From: a virus
Strand: one strand, 5' to 3'
Virus record (IMG/VR): IMGVR_UViG_3300010354_000045
Span: 1 to 64,000 of that record
Length of the DNA: 64,000 nt
Shown: piece after piece, positions 29,901-39,408 of the stretch
Layout of the letters: each line of letters starts with the position of its first letter
Numbering within the stretch: the first letter of the stretch is position 1
Program-made: the position numbers and the translations under genes
The notes under the pieces: model-generated
Told to the model about the DNA's origin: nothing
The model's database searches: none
Seen by the model: the letters and a program-made list of their open reading frames with translations, nothing else

Positions 29901-31671
29901 TACCTTTGCCTGCAAGCACTAAATTAATATTTGCATTTGCACCGCTTGCAGTAATATTACTAGTAGTGTTTGTAGTAGTACTAGAAACAGTAAAACTACC
30001 GGTACCTTTAGTTTGAATATTAAATCCAACATTAGTATCTGAACCGGTACTAGACATTGTAGGAGTACTGGCTGCTGCTGCACCAGCAATGGTGAAATAA
30101 TTAGCACTACTTAAACCAATGGTGCCTGAACCACCAACATTTAATGCACCTACTATACCAGCTCCGCCGCCTACTGTTAACGCACCAGTGCCAGTTGTGG
30201 TGCTAGCAGTGTTAAAACTTACTGCTACTCTACCGGCATTAGCACTACCAATTGATATTAATCCCGTAGTCATGCTATTAAAAATATTAGCATTACCAGT
30301 AGTTACATCTGTTGTAAAGTTAACTGTTCCTGCGGCTGTGCTGGCAATTTTTAAAGTATTTCCTGTAATTGCGCCGCCCACTGTGACAGTATTAAGTGCT
30401 GAAGTATTTGTACCTAATGCTATACTTGTTGTACTTGTGCCACCTACAGTAACTCCAGTTGCAGATCCAAGCACTTGACTTGTATCTAACACCGTAACAT
30501 TATTAATTTTAAATACTTTACTAGATGCTATGTTCCAATGTTCGCTACTGGTCCAATTACTGTTAGTACTATCCCATGATATTGTTTTATTTGTTCCGCC
30601 TAGTAAAGTAATTCCGCCACCGTTTGCTGTTGCGTCTGTTGCTCCTGTAATAGTTAATGTTGCACCAGTTGCAGTTCCTGTACCAGTAAGATTTTGATTT
30701 AAAGTAATCTGTGTTGCACTATCAATACTTGCTACTGTAGTGTTAGCTGGTAAAGTAACTGTACCGTTTCCTGACAAACCAGTTACCGCTGAACCAGGAA
30801 TAATATTTGCTGTACTAGAAATGTTAGTAACTACAGCAGAGCCTGCTGTAATATTACCAGTTGGAGATACTGCTGCAACTCCACCTAATTCTAAATTTTT
30901 ATCATCGACCGATACAGTATTTGAGTTGATTGTAGTTGTTGTGCCATTAACAATTAAATTGCCGTTGATAGTTGTTGCGTTAAGAGTTCCGGGAATATCA
31001 TTAGCAACTAAGGCTCTAAAAGTCGGCGATCCAGCAGAACCGTTTGGGGCAGCATAAACTGTATTTGCTGTCTGAGATCCAAACGGTGCTAGATAATCTG
31101 TTCCTGCTGTTGCAGCACTAACTACACCCGTAGTTCCTTTTAGTAGACCGTTTAGTGTACCAATAACAAGACTACCTGATCCGTTTGGAGCGATTGTAAT
31201 ATTTCCGCTGGCGCCTGCTGTTATAGTAATTGTACCAGATGTAGTGCCATTATTAGTGCTTAACACTAAGTTAGCTGTTGCTGAACCTGTTGTCACAACG
31301 CCAGAACTAGCTGTATTACCGATATTAACAACGCCGGTGCCGTTTGGAGTAATTGCAATATTACCATTAGCTCCGTTATTAATAGTAATGCTTCCGGTTG
31401 TGGTTCCTGTATTTGTATCAAGTACTAGGTTAACTGCCCCATTCGTTGTTACTTTTGGTGTGCGAATATCTGTAGTGAAGCTTGGACTTGTGCCAAATAC
31501 TAAAGCTCCTGATCCTGTCTCGTCGCTAATAATGGCGGCTAATTGAGAGCTAGTTGAAGTAGCTAGTTTACTTAACTCAATAGCAGCTGATGCGCTGACG
31601 TCAGCATTAACTATTGATCCGTCTAAAATTAAATCACTGTTTACATACCCAGGAGTTACTAATAATCCCAT
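26923..31671 (-). CDS. Long tail fibre with repeated modules and C-terminal chaperone-like domain
   Basis: 1582 aa Gly/Thr/Asn-rich; ITPNGTG repeats; C-term KSFIISHP..LRHGSLEGPE.GVY.RG..LPEYW. Confidence 0.85.
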   Translation of the reverse strand: MGLLVTPGYVNSDLILDGSIVNADVSASAAIELSKLATSTSSQLAAIISDETGSGALVFGTSPSFTTDIRTPKVTTNGAVNLVLDTNTGTTTGSITINNGANGNIAITPNGTGVVNIGNTASSGVVTTGSATANLVLSTNNGTTSGTITITAGASGNITIAPNGSGSLVIGTLNGLLKGTTGVVSAATAGTDYLAPFGSQTANTVYAAPNGSAGSPTFRALVANDIPGTLNATTINGNLIVNGTTTTINSNTVSVDDKNLELGGVAAVSPTGNITAGSAVVTNISSTANIIPGSAVTGLSGNGTVTLPANTTVASIDSATQITLNQNLTGTGTATGATLTITGATDATANGGGITLLGGTNKTISWDSTNSNWTSSEHWNIASSKVFKINNVTVLDTSQVLGSATGVTVGGTSTTSIALGTNTSALNTVTVGGAITGNTLKIASTAAGTVNFTTDVTTGNANIFNSMTTGLISIGSANAGRVAVSFNTASTTTGTGALTVGGGAGIVGALNVGGSGTIGLSSANYFTIAGAAAASTPTMSSTGSDTNVGFNIQTKGTGSFTVSSTTTNTTSNITASGANANINLVLAGKGTGTVNLNNLVINTVGTVTAGTWSGTTIGVAYGGTGQTTYTDGQLLIGNTTGNTLTKATLTQGTGITITNGNGSITVANASPMTYPSAGIANSTGSAWGTSYSTTGSGTVVALQTQPSFTTDIRTPKVTTSGATNLVLDTNTGTNSGTITINQGTNGNIAITPNGTGNVNLGDVTANGLITTGSATANLTLNTNSGTSSSSIVITAGANGNITITPNGTGVTDLGDVARVKITGGALGNVLTTNGSGVLSWASVSSGSGTVNSGTANQIAYYAANGTAVSGLSSLTWASNTLTVGAAATATTITTNGAGNLTLSTNAGTNSGTIVINQGASGNINITPNGSGLVNIGNTASSGLLTTGSATSNLVLNTNNGTTTGSITISAGANQNITLTANGTGNIVANTLTVSSTGVITSGTWQATTISVARGGTGQTSYVNGELLIGNTTGNTLTKATLTQGTGITITNGTGSITVTNAGVTAITTSSGLSTNTNATGSVSITNTGVTSFTSSSGLSANTSATGAVSVTNTAPMVYPGSGIPNSTGSAWGTSYSTTGSGTVVALQTTPSFTTSILTPKVSTSGATNLVLDTNSGTTTGSITINNGANGNIAITPNGTGVVNIGNTSNAGALTTGSATANLVLSTNNGITSGSITITAGSNGNITIAPNGTGVTDLGDVARVRITGGSLNQVLTTNGSGVLSWSTVSAGGSGTVNSGTANQIAYYAANGTAVSGLSSLTWSSNTLQVGSAANTTLNVQGSGTAGTATITSNVTTGTINLFTGLSTNGTVNLGTANLSIINIGGASSTIQLGGSSGNADVRIGSGTAASLNSTGNAPISLFTSVTTSTITLGGSSTGRLAIAFTQASTSTTTGALTVAGGVGISGALNATTKSFIISHPTKKGKLLRHGSLEGPEFGVYVRGKLSNSRIIELPEYWTNLVDPESITVDLTPIGKFQKLCVEKIENNKIYIDNDSMFGGNVNCFYTVWATRRDVDPLEVEGDE

Positions 31672-31680
31672 GCTAGCCCC

Positions 31681-33636
31681 TTACTTATATTGTGCATCAA
31701 ACCAACAATTAGCAGCACCTATTGTTTTAGTTGGTCCAGTTGTTGAATTACATACTACAATGCCTGTTGAAAAATATCTTCCATATACACCAAAATCAAA
31801 ACTAAAATTACTAGTTGCCGGAACATAAAACATAACTGCCGGGGCAACAGCGTCTGCCGGTAAACTGGCTGCATTGTGTATTTGAATAAATTGTGCAGAT
31901 GCTAAACTGTTATATCCACTTAGCATATATAGTGTTCCGGCACTGGCCTTAACTACTAAATTTGTTGCATATGCGGTTGTTGTTGCGTTTGTTCCTGAAT
32001 AAGAACCACTTGCATCTGGTAGCGCTTTAGTTTGTACAACATCGTCTGTAGCAATAGTGACTCGTTGTGTTCCAGCTGATCGAGCGCCGGTGTTCATAGC
32101 AATTGCTTGGCCGTTTAGTTGAGTTAAACTTGTTACTGTACTAACTGTTCCAATATTACCAATTGAATTTGTACCTGTTGGTAATCCAGTGTTAGGACTA
32201 AATGTTACAACTAAACTAGGGTCAGCAGCAACAGCAGCAGCACTAGCTGCTTTCACAGCCGCAGTATTAGTGCCATCTGTTATTCTATGAAAAACTCCTC
32301 TTGCAGCAGCATCTCCGGTTGGCATTGTGTTAGTGCCGTCTGTAACACGAACATATACACCCGAACCGATTGCATTGTTAATTGTTACATCACCTATATC
32401 AACACCGTCATTTGCCGTTAACTTACCGATGGCATTAGTACCTGCTGGTAGTGCGTTAGTTATAGAAGTTACTGATGTAACTGTATTGATATTCCATGTA
32501 CCACTTTGACTTGCTGGCACTACATCATCTGTGGCAATAGTAACTCGCTGTGTGCCTGCGGTACGGACTCCAGTTCCCATTGCTATAGCTTGTCCGCCAA
32601 GTTGAACTAAGTTATTAATATTCCAAGTACCGCTTTGACTTGCTGGCACTACATCATCTGTGGCAATAGTAACTCGCTGTGTGCCTGCTGTGCGAACACC
32701 AGACCCCATGGCAATAGTCTGCCCTGCTAATTGTGCTAGATTAGATATGTTTTGAGGTGTGTTAATTGTACCAGAAAGACCAGAAAGACCAGAACCTGCT
32801 GTAGTGACTATAGCAGTTCCGTCTAAATTTACTAATGTAAATGTTGTAGATCCGTTTGTAACACTAATTCTATAAGAAGTTGGATTTGCATAACCTGTGA
32901 TAATTCCTTGTACTGCGCCAGATGGTGCAGTGCCGCTTAATGTAATTACTTGACCTACAAATAATGTCGTTGCACTTGCTGAAAATTGTCCAGCAGTGCC
33001 GGTAATTTGAATACTCGAAACGGTAGTAGTAGCCAAATTAGCAGTTACACCCCAGGCACCTGATTGAGTAACTGCTAGGGTTGCGTTGTTGATAGTAACA
33101 TCGCCAATATCAACGCCATCGTTGGCAGATAACTTTCCAACTGCATTTGTGCCGGAAGCTAGTTTTACTTCAGTATTAGGACTTACAGAAACTACTAATG
33201 CTGTGTCAGCAGCCACTGCTGCTGCACTAGCTGCTTTTACTGTTGCTGTATTAGTGCCAACTGTTATTCTATGAAAAACTCCTCTTGCAGCAGCATCTCC
33301 TGTTGGCATTATATTTGTCCCGTCTGTAAGACGAACATACACGCCCGATCCGATCGCGTTATTAACTGTTACATCACCTATATCAACTCCATCATTAGCT
33401 GCTAGTTTACCTATAGCATTAGTACCTGCTGGTAGTGCGTTAGTTATAGAAGTTACTGATGTAACTGTATTGATATTCCATGTACCACTTTGAACAGCAT
33501 TAACACTGAACGCTGTATTGTCACTGGCGATTGTAACACGCAGTGATCCTGTTCCTGTTACGCCGTTGCCAGTTAACAGGTCGTTGCTTTTAACTTTTAG
33601 TAAGTTAACTAATCCAATCGTTCCGCCTGCTGCCAT
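31681..33636 (-). CDS. Repeat-rich fibre/structural protein
   Basis: Repeats of [10 protein letters not shown] and [11 protein letters not shown]. Confidence 0.7.
   Translation of the reverse strand: MAAGGTIGLVNLLKVKSNDLLTGNGVTGTGSLRVTIASDNTAFSVNAVQSGTWNINTVTSVTSITNALPAGTNAIGKLAANDGVDIGDVTVNNAIGSGVYVRLTDGTNIMPTGDAAARGVFHRITVGTNTATVKAASAAAVAADTALVVSVSPNTEVKLASGTNAVGKLSANDGVDIGDVTINNATLAVTQSGAWGVTANLATTTVSSIQITGTAGQFSASATTLFVGQVITLSGTAPSGAVQGIITGYANPTSYRISVTNGSTTFTLVNLDGTAIVTTAGSGLSGLSGTINTPQNISNLAQLAGQTIAMGSGVRTAGTQRVTIATDDVVPASQSGTWNINNLVQLGGQAIAMGTGVRTAGTQRVTIATDDVVPASQSGTWNINTVTSVTSITNALPAGTNAIGKLTANDGVDIGDVTINNAIGSGVYVRVTDGTNTMPTGDAAARGVFHRITDGTNTAAVKAASAAAVAADPSLVVTFSPNTGLPTGTNSIGNIGTVSTVTSLTQLNGQAIAMNTGARSAGTQRVTIATDDVVQTKALPDASGSYSGTNATTTAYATNLVVKASAGTLYMLSGYNSLASAQFIQIHNAASLPADAVAPAVMFYVPATSNFSFDFGVYGRYFSTGIVVCNSTTGPTKTIGAANCWFDAQYK
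32432..33493. repeat. 78-bp exact direct repeat (32432-32509 and 33416-33493) plus 120-bp-spaced repeat near 32500-32690
   Basis: gcattagtacctgctggtagtgcg...ccactttga identical at both sites; ctttgacttgctggcactacatcatctgtggcaatagtaactcgctgtgtgcctgc occurs twice. Confidence 0.9.
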
Positions 33637-33637
33637 G

Positions 33638-33967
33638 TTATGTTATCTCCACGCCAAAAGCGCTAAATGAAAGAGTTGCTAGAGTAGCATAGACTCTTAT
33701 TCGATCAGTTGCTGCCAAGGTCATTCCAATGGTTGCTGTAAAACTAGAATTTCCATCGATCAATTGATCATAAAAAATATATTGTTGTGGAACATCAGCT
33801 GCATTTGCAATAGCAACACTAATCCTAAATCTTGTTTCTGTTGCTGATCTATTAGCTACAACTAATGTACTAACCGTTGTACTGGTATTAGCCGGAACTG
33901 TGTACAAATCTGTTAGTGTTGCTGCTACTGGATTTGCTTGCCCTAAAACTTTAAATGCTTCTGCCAT
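33638..33967 (-). CDS. Small beta-sandwich structural protein
   Basis: LYTVPA..ST.VVAN..TDRIRV; similar pattern to 40694..41011. Confidence 0.7.
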   Translation of the reverse strand: MAEAFKVLGQANPVAATLTDLYTVPANTSTTVSTLVVANRSATETRFRISVAIANAADVPQQYIFYDQLIDGNSSFTATIGMTLAATDRIRVYATLATLSFSAFGVEIT

Positions 33968-33968
33968 A

Positions 33969-34574
33969 TTATCCTCCCATTAGAGCAAACGTCCTTGCCC
34001 AACTATTTGAATTTAATGTTCCTATTCCAATTGAACCTATATATCTATAACCGTAAATGTAAATTACACTTGATCCAGTCATGCCAGCCGGAATAGTACC
34101 ACCAAAAAAGTGTAATATACCTGCTTGATAATCAAAATACCATTCACCTGTGCCGCCGCTACCGTCGGCAAATATTTGTGTCCCGCCCGAAGATGCAGGA
34201 TTTGATAAGCTAGCAGCTCCGTAATATACTTGAACTCGATAGCTATTAGTTAAGTTTACAGTGTCAAATTCTGGAGGTATCCAGTTAGTTAATCCTGTTT
34301 TCCATGTTGGATAGACACTGCTGATTGTTTGAGTTGTTGTATCAGCTGTACATTGTATTCTGTTAGTTGTTACATATGCTTGAACAATATTAGCTGTGGC
34401 TGCTGCTGTTGTCGGTATCCTATAAGAATCTAACCAAAGCGTATCGCCTCTATTGAGCGTAGGACTAGCTATAGCTTCATTACTAGGACTTTTATTTGCA
34501 GCCGTGTCAGTTTTGGCAACTCCGTAAAGTTTCTTAAGTAATAAATCTGTTTTAACTGCATCTGAAACTGCCAT
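33969..34574 (-). CDS. Tail-associated structural protein
   Basis: 201 aa; WYFDYQAGILHF..YIYGYRYIG. Confidence 0.65.
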   Translation of the reverse strand: MAVSDAVKTDLLLKKLYGVAKTDTAANKSPSNEAIASPTLNRGDTLWLDSYRIPTTAAATANIVQAYVTTNRIQCTADTTTQTISSVYPTWKTGLTNWIPPEFDTVNLTNSYRVQVYYGAASLSNPASSGGTQIFADGSGGTGEWYFDYQAGILHFFGGTIPAGMTGSSVIYIYGYRYIGSIGIGTLNSNSWARTFALMGG

Positions 34575-34586
34575 TTTATGTTCCTA

Positions 34587-37500
34587 TTATACTGTTGAAG
34601 CACCTAGATAAAGTGCAGTTATAGATTGTCCTTGATTCAATCTTATTCTTATCCATATTTCATTATTAGTTGCATCTGTTGAACTTAATGTACCAAATGA
34701 ACAATTAAGCGATATCGTTCCTGTAGATGCTGGATTATGGTTTCCGCCCAATGCACATCCACCAGCTAAACTGTTATCAATTCCTAAATCTAACCAACTA
34801 TTAACGTGCCCTGATTTTAAACTGGTACCGTTAGCACCAGGCATAGCACAATATATTTTTGCGACACCGGTAGTTGTGGCATAGGTAATATTAAATTTAC
34901 TAACCGCAGTTCTAACAAATCTAAATGTAAAATATTGTGGGTTAGCTGCTGTTCTTCCACTGAAGTTTGGTCCAGCTGGCAAATAGCCAGTTGAATAATT
35001 TATAACATTATGTGCAATTGCATGGGTACCAGTACCAGTACCTGCAAGAATTGCATCGGTAACATATAATGTACCTGTTTGACTATTAAACGCTGCTGCA
35101 CCTGCTGTATATGCAGGGGTATCAGTACCTGTGCCAGCATCTGGATTTTGACATCTTAATCCCCCCGGGGTAGTGCTCCCGCCTACTGCTGAGTTAAAGA
35201 AAATGTTTGTTTCGTCTATGAATGTAGTTGAACTAGTAGTTCCAGTTTTGTACAGTATAATTGCATTGAGTGCAGGTAATGAACTAGATCCAGTTAGATA
35301 ACTATTGTCCGCAGTAAACACAGGTACAGTAGTAGTTGTTGTCCAAGCACCAAATCCTGTTACAATGTTTACTGCAAATGAACTAGCATTGGGCCCAACT
35401 CCATTAGTGACAGTTAAGGTTGTGGGTAAAGTTGTATAACCTAGTGCTGTGTAAGATTCATTGCCTGCACTAGTAAATGGTCCCACAGCAGCAGTTGTAA
35501 TGATATTATCTGATGTAGCAGAATGACCAGTTTGACCGGCGTTCCATGTTAGGGTAAAGCTAGGATTAAATGTTGTTGAACTGTTATAATGCGGAACAGT
35601 ACTAGAATAAGTTAAGCTGCTAGTTCCAATAGCAAAAGATTGAGATGCAAATGTAGGAGCAACACTTGAACTATTATCGTAATACCAAATACCAGTATTT
35701 GTAGTTGTTGCTCCTATTGTAGTAGATCCTGCACCACTATGTGTAATCTGCACTGTGTTCCATCCGGCCGGCACCGATGTTCCACTCACTGCTACATCTA
35801 TTGTTTCATGGAATCCTGGCGTACCTACAGGAAATGCCACATTATTTGATATAGTCAATGTTGTGTTGTTGTTAACAATCGACCCGTTGTCACTAGTAGA
35901 TGTAAAACTTAAACTACCTGTAGTTGTACTAGTGCCGTTAAATGCGGCACCAATTGCACCTGTAGTTGTGTTATATAGTGATAATGTTATGGTAGTTGCT
36001 GTTACTGCTGTGATATAATATGCTGTTGAGTTAGATAGTCCACCAAATGCCCCACTAGCGGCTGTTGTAATTAAATATCCTGGAACTAAAACACCTACTG
36101 TTGGTGGTGTAAACGCAACTACATTACTGTTTAATGTTGTACCGGTTATAGTTGCCGTAATTGTTTGTGTTGTATTCCCATAAGTTAAAGTTTTTGTAAC
36201 CGCTGCCGTACCGTTTCTATTAACTGTTAGCAGTCCTTGAGTACCTGGGCCTGTAGCAGAAATAGTCACTGTTGAAAAAGTAGTTGACCTTCGAACACGA
36301 ACTATTGTTCCAGCAGCCGGTGCAGTAATTCCAGTACCATTTAACACCTGAGAACCGGCAGCAAGATTCATTATTCTAGCAGTTGTAGTATTAATAGATA
36401 AACTACTACCTCCAGGAAATGCAGTTGGAGCAGCCGGAGTTAATAAAGTTAACACTTGATTTAATTGTGCAATACCATCAGTTACGTTTGTTGCTGTTGT
36501 CATAGTTACTGCGCCTGTTAGTGTTCCCAATGCTGGTGTTCCTACAGCAATGCCAGTTGCACTATTTGTTGTTAATAGTCCTGATACTGTTGTGTTTGCG
36601 TTAACAGTAACTATTTCACCTGTTGCCGGGTCTATATTAATTGGTCCAACTGTTGAACTAATAGTATTACCTGCAATAATAATATTGTTTGCAACTAAGC
36701 CAGTTGCTCCTACGGTAGTAATATTAGTACCATCATTAAATGTTAAACTGTTAATTGAACTTACATCTAAGGCACCAGCAGCAAAACTAACTGCACCAGA
36801 ATCATAATTTACTGTAAATAGATTACCAACTCTAAAATTACCGCTTTGATCTATGGAGTTGTAATAAACTTTGCCGTTATTGACTTGTATAACTTCGTTG
36901 GCCTGTACAACCGCAGCTTCGTCATTGGTTAAGTCTGCTCCTGTTCCTATGTAAGCAAAATTCCATGACATTAACTGTAAACTTACACCATATCCATCGG
37001 CTTTGATGCCTTGATTACCGTAAATGAATGCACCAGAGACTGCTCGCATCTCTGCACCAAATTCAGTTGTGTCATATCTAGTAATACCAGTGGCCGTACC
37101 TCCACTGGTTACTCGAATATCTTGAATAGTAATACCGTCGTCTAAAATTGTTGTGCTGTTATTTGCACCGTCAAAGTGTAACAGTGCAACTGTATAAATG
37201 TCGCCAGTAAATGCACTTGTAGCAGGAGTAAATGTTGAAGTATATCTACCAATTCCTTTAGATATTCTAACTTCATCGATATATCCATTCCACCCCGTAC
37301 TGCCTGTCCACGACGAGCCAATGACAACTGGTCGAGCAGCATAATTATTGCTATCGGTATAAGTTGTAGGTGTTAACGTGCCACCGACAAACATCCTAGT
37401 TGTTCCTGTATTTCTAGAAATAGCCACATGTGTCCATGTGTTTTGAGAAACTGCTACACTAGAAGTTAATACATATCCGCCATTAACAAACATTCTTATG

Positions 37501-39275
37501 TTACCAGCAGCATTAGATTCTAAGTAAACTGATATGTCAGTACCAGCAGTGCGTTGATCTAATAGAACTTGTTGGGTAGCAGCAGTTTTATATACCCAAC
37601 ATTCAAATGTAAAATCTCCGGTACCGTATCCAAAATCTGGATCAGAGTTTATAGATATGTAGTCGCCGGTGCCGTCTAATAATAAGCTAGTAGTTCCAAA
37701 TTGTGGACTAATTGTATTACTTAACTTAGCATTGCCACCGACATTAATTACCTTGTTATCTCTATTAGCGTTTGTTTTTAACCCAGTTACGTTTCCAGTT
37801 AATGAAATTTTACTACCGTTTATAGCAGCAATTGTGCCAGACCCTAATACTGTAGGAAATATAGAATAAAGAGTTAATGTATCACCAATATTATAAGTAC
37901 CAGTCTTTCCAGTTAGCGTTATGTATGTCTGTCCAGCCCCGCCATATCCGCTTGCACCCACTACCCCTTCAACGTGCAAGTCGGCAAAATAAGTAAAACA
38001 ATTTAACCATTCAGTTCTAGCACCATTAGTTAAAATCAATCCTCGACTATTTGGTACAATAAATGTACATTCATTAAACAACATAGCTGCTTCGATACTT
38101 CCACCGCTGGCAATAGTACCTTTTTGCACTTTTGATCCATCAACTAACACTGCTCGACCTGCGTCTGCGCTAACATATCCATATGGATCAGTAGTATTAT
38201 TTGCACTAGTTCCTTTGTTAAGAACAGTAATTCTTTGAATATATGGACTTCTTTGAGAAATCTGTACCGGTGTTGCGTTAATTGATGTACTAATAGTAAA
38301 TGTTAGATCATTGGTGCCATCTACTCCACCTAAATAACTACCACTAAGTGTAACTGTATTGCCTACAGCATAATTTGCGCCTCGATTAGCGCCTAAAGAT
38401 ACTGTTATAACACTGGTGTAATTTGTACCAACAGTTTTTGTTATGTTAAAACTGGCGTTAGATCCGCTGCCGTTAGTAGATTTTTGAGGAACATTTGTAA
38501 ATGACCCAGCAGCATTAACACCTGTGCCTGTAATACTTGTGAATGTAGTTGTAGTTCCTAAACTGTTGCTAGCATATCTAAATGCGTATCCAGTATTGTT
38601 ACCGGAACTATAGAACATGTCTTTAACTGTTAGATCACTAACCGTAGTTTCGCCATTTAATAAAAAACAATCTTTATTATTTGTACCAACCGTTGGTGCT
38701 ATTTGAGTTTCTCTTAGGCCTGCACCGCGCACCGATACACCTTTAGGAATAACTAATGGAAAATCTTCTTGGTAGTTACCAGGTAATATATAAACAGTAT
38801 CACCATTATTAGCCTGTGTTAATGCGTACTTGATTGTCCTTAGCGCATTCATTTCGCTATGGCCGGCATTGGTGTCAACTCCGACGCTGTCAGAAACATA
38901 CCAAACCGTAGAGTCGCCGGCTCCAAATACAACACCATTGATAATAACTTTACCAGTACCAGTGGTTGTTAGTGTTAAATTATTGTTAGTTGCAGCGGAA
39001 AGATCTAGTGCTCCTGTTGTCGAGCTTAGACTGTTGCCGTTTAATTGTAAATTTCCCGCAGTTACAGTAGTACCTAAGAGAGATGTTGCGCGAGCAGTAC
39101 CTGTAACATCTAAAGGATAAGCTGGGTTTTGATTCTTAATGCCAACAAAGTGGTTGGCCGTGCTGGTAGTGTCGCTAACTAGCAAATAAAGTAGGTCATT
39201 TTCAAAAGCTAAGTTTGAACCTTTACGGGTCAAGTTGTCTTTTAAAAGCTGTCCCGAAATTCTTCCTACAGACAT
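34587..39275 (-). CDS. Large tail fibre/spike protein with beta-helix-like and LamG domains
   Basis: GRISGQLLKDNL.R N-term, GDTVYILPGNYQE.FPL.IP.GVS.RG, FTFECWVY..WTHVA..GYIDEVRISKG. Confidence 0.8.
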   Translation of the reverse strand: MSVGRISGQLLKDNLTRKGSNLAFENDLLYLLVSDTTSTANHFVGIKNQNPAYPLDVTGTARATSLLGTTVTAGNLQLNGNSLSSTTGALDLSAATNNNLTLTTTGTGKVIINGVVFGAGDSTVWYVSDSVGVDTNAGHSEMNALRTIKYALTQANNGDTVYILPGNYQEDFPLVIPKGVSVRGAGLRETQIAPTVGTNNKDCFLLNGETTVSDLTVKDMFYSSGNNTGYAFRYASNSLGTTTTFTSITGTGVNAAGSFTNVPQKSTNGSGSNASFNITKTVGTNYTSVITVSLGANRGANYAVGNTVTLSGSYLGGVDGTNDLTFTISTSINATPVQISQRSPYIQRITVLNKGTSANNTTDPYGYVSADAGRAVLVDGSKVQKGTIASGGSIEAAMLFNECTFIVPNSRGLILTNGARTEWLNCFTYFADLHVEGVVGASGYGGAGQTYITLTGKTGTYNIGDTLTLYSIFPTVLGSGTIAAINGSKISLTGNVTGLKTNANRDNKVINVGGNAKLSNTISPQFGTTSLLLDGTGDYISINSDPDFGYGTGDFTFECWVYKTAATQQVLLDQRTAGTDISVYLESNAAGNIRMFVNGGYVLTSSVAVSQNTWTHVAISRNTGTTRMFVGGTLTPTTYTDSNNYAARPVVIGSSWTGSTGWNGYIDEVRISKGIGRYTSTFTPATSAFTGDIYTVALLHFDGANNSTTILDDGITIQDIRVTSGGTATGITRYDTTEFGAEMRAVSGAFIYGNQGIKADGYGVSLQLMSWNFAYIGTGADLTNDEAAVVQANEVIQVNNGKVYYNSIDQSGNFRVGNLFTVNYDSGAVSFAAGALDVSSINSLTFNDGTNITTVGATGLVANNIIIAGNTISSTVGPINIDPATGEIVTVNANTTVSGLLTTNSATGIAVGTPALGTLTGAVTMTTATNVTDGIAQLNQVLTLLTPAAPTAFPGGSSLSINTTTARIMNLAAGSQVLNGTGITAPAAGTIVRVRRSTTFSTVTISATGPGTQGLLTVNRNGTAAVTKTLTYGNTTQTITATITGTTLNSNVVAFTPPTVGVLVPGYLITTAASGAFGGLSNSTAYYITAVTATTITLSLYNTTTGAIGAAFNGTSTTTGSLSFTSTSDNGSIVNNNTTLTISNNVAFPVGTPGFHETIDVAVSGTSVPAGWNTVQITHSGAGSTTIGATTTNTGIWYYDNSSSVAPTFASQSFAIGTSSLTYSSTVPHYNSSTTFNPSFTLTWNAGQTGHSATSDNIITTAAVGPFTSAGNESYTALGYTTLPTTLTVTNGVGPNASSFAVNIVTGFGAWTTTTTVPVFTADNSYLTGSSSLPALNAIILYKTGTTSSTTFIDETNIFFNSAVGGSTTPGGLRCQNPDAGTGTDTPAYTAGAAAFNSQTGTLYVTDAILAGTGTGTHAIAHNVINYSTGYLPAGPNFSGRTAANPQYFTFRFVRTAVSKFNITYATTTGVAKIYCAMPGANGTSLKSGHVNSWLDLGIDNSLAGGCALGGNHNPASTGTISLNCSFGTLSSTDATNNEIWIRIRLNQGQSITALYLGASTV

Positions 39276-39387
39276 CTGCGCTCCTAAGTACCCCGTGTTT
39301 CACGGTTAACCAAATTTGCAGCTTTCGCTCTTTGCTGGTTTACCACAGTTTAACATCTCAGCCTTTTGGCATGAGCAACTGTATTTA
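39276..39387 (-). promoter_or_regulatory. Late promoter plus structured ~105-nt 5' leader
   Basis: TAAATA at 39387-39382, then three hairpins incl. GC-GAAA-GC and CCGTG-AAA-CACGG, then AGGAG SD. Confidence 0.6.
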
Positions 39388-39408
39388 TGTGATTGGTAAG
39401 TTTAGGAG

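Noticed and set aside
17818-39275. Diversity-generating retroelement or invertase shufflon acting on fibres
   Set aside because: No reverse transcriptase or recombinase in the window and no adenine-specific repeat pair noticed; repeats are intragenic and in frame
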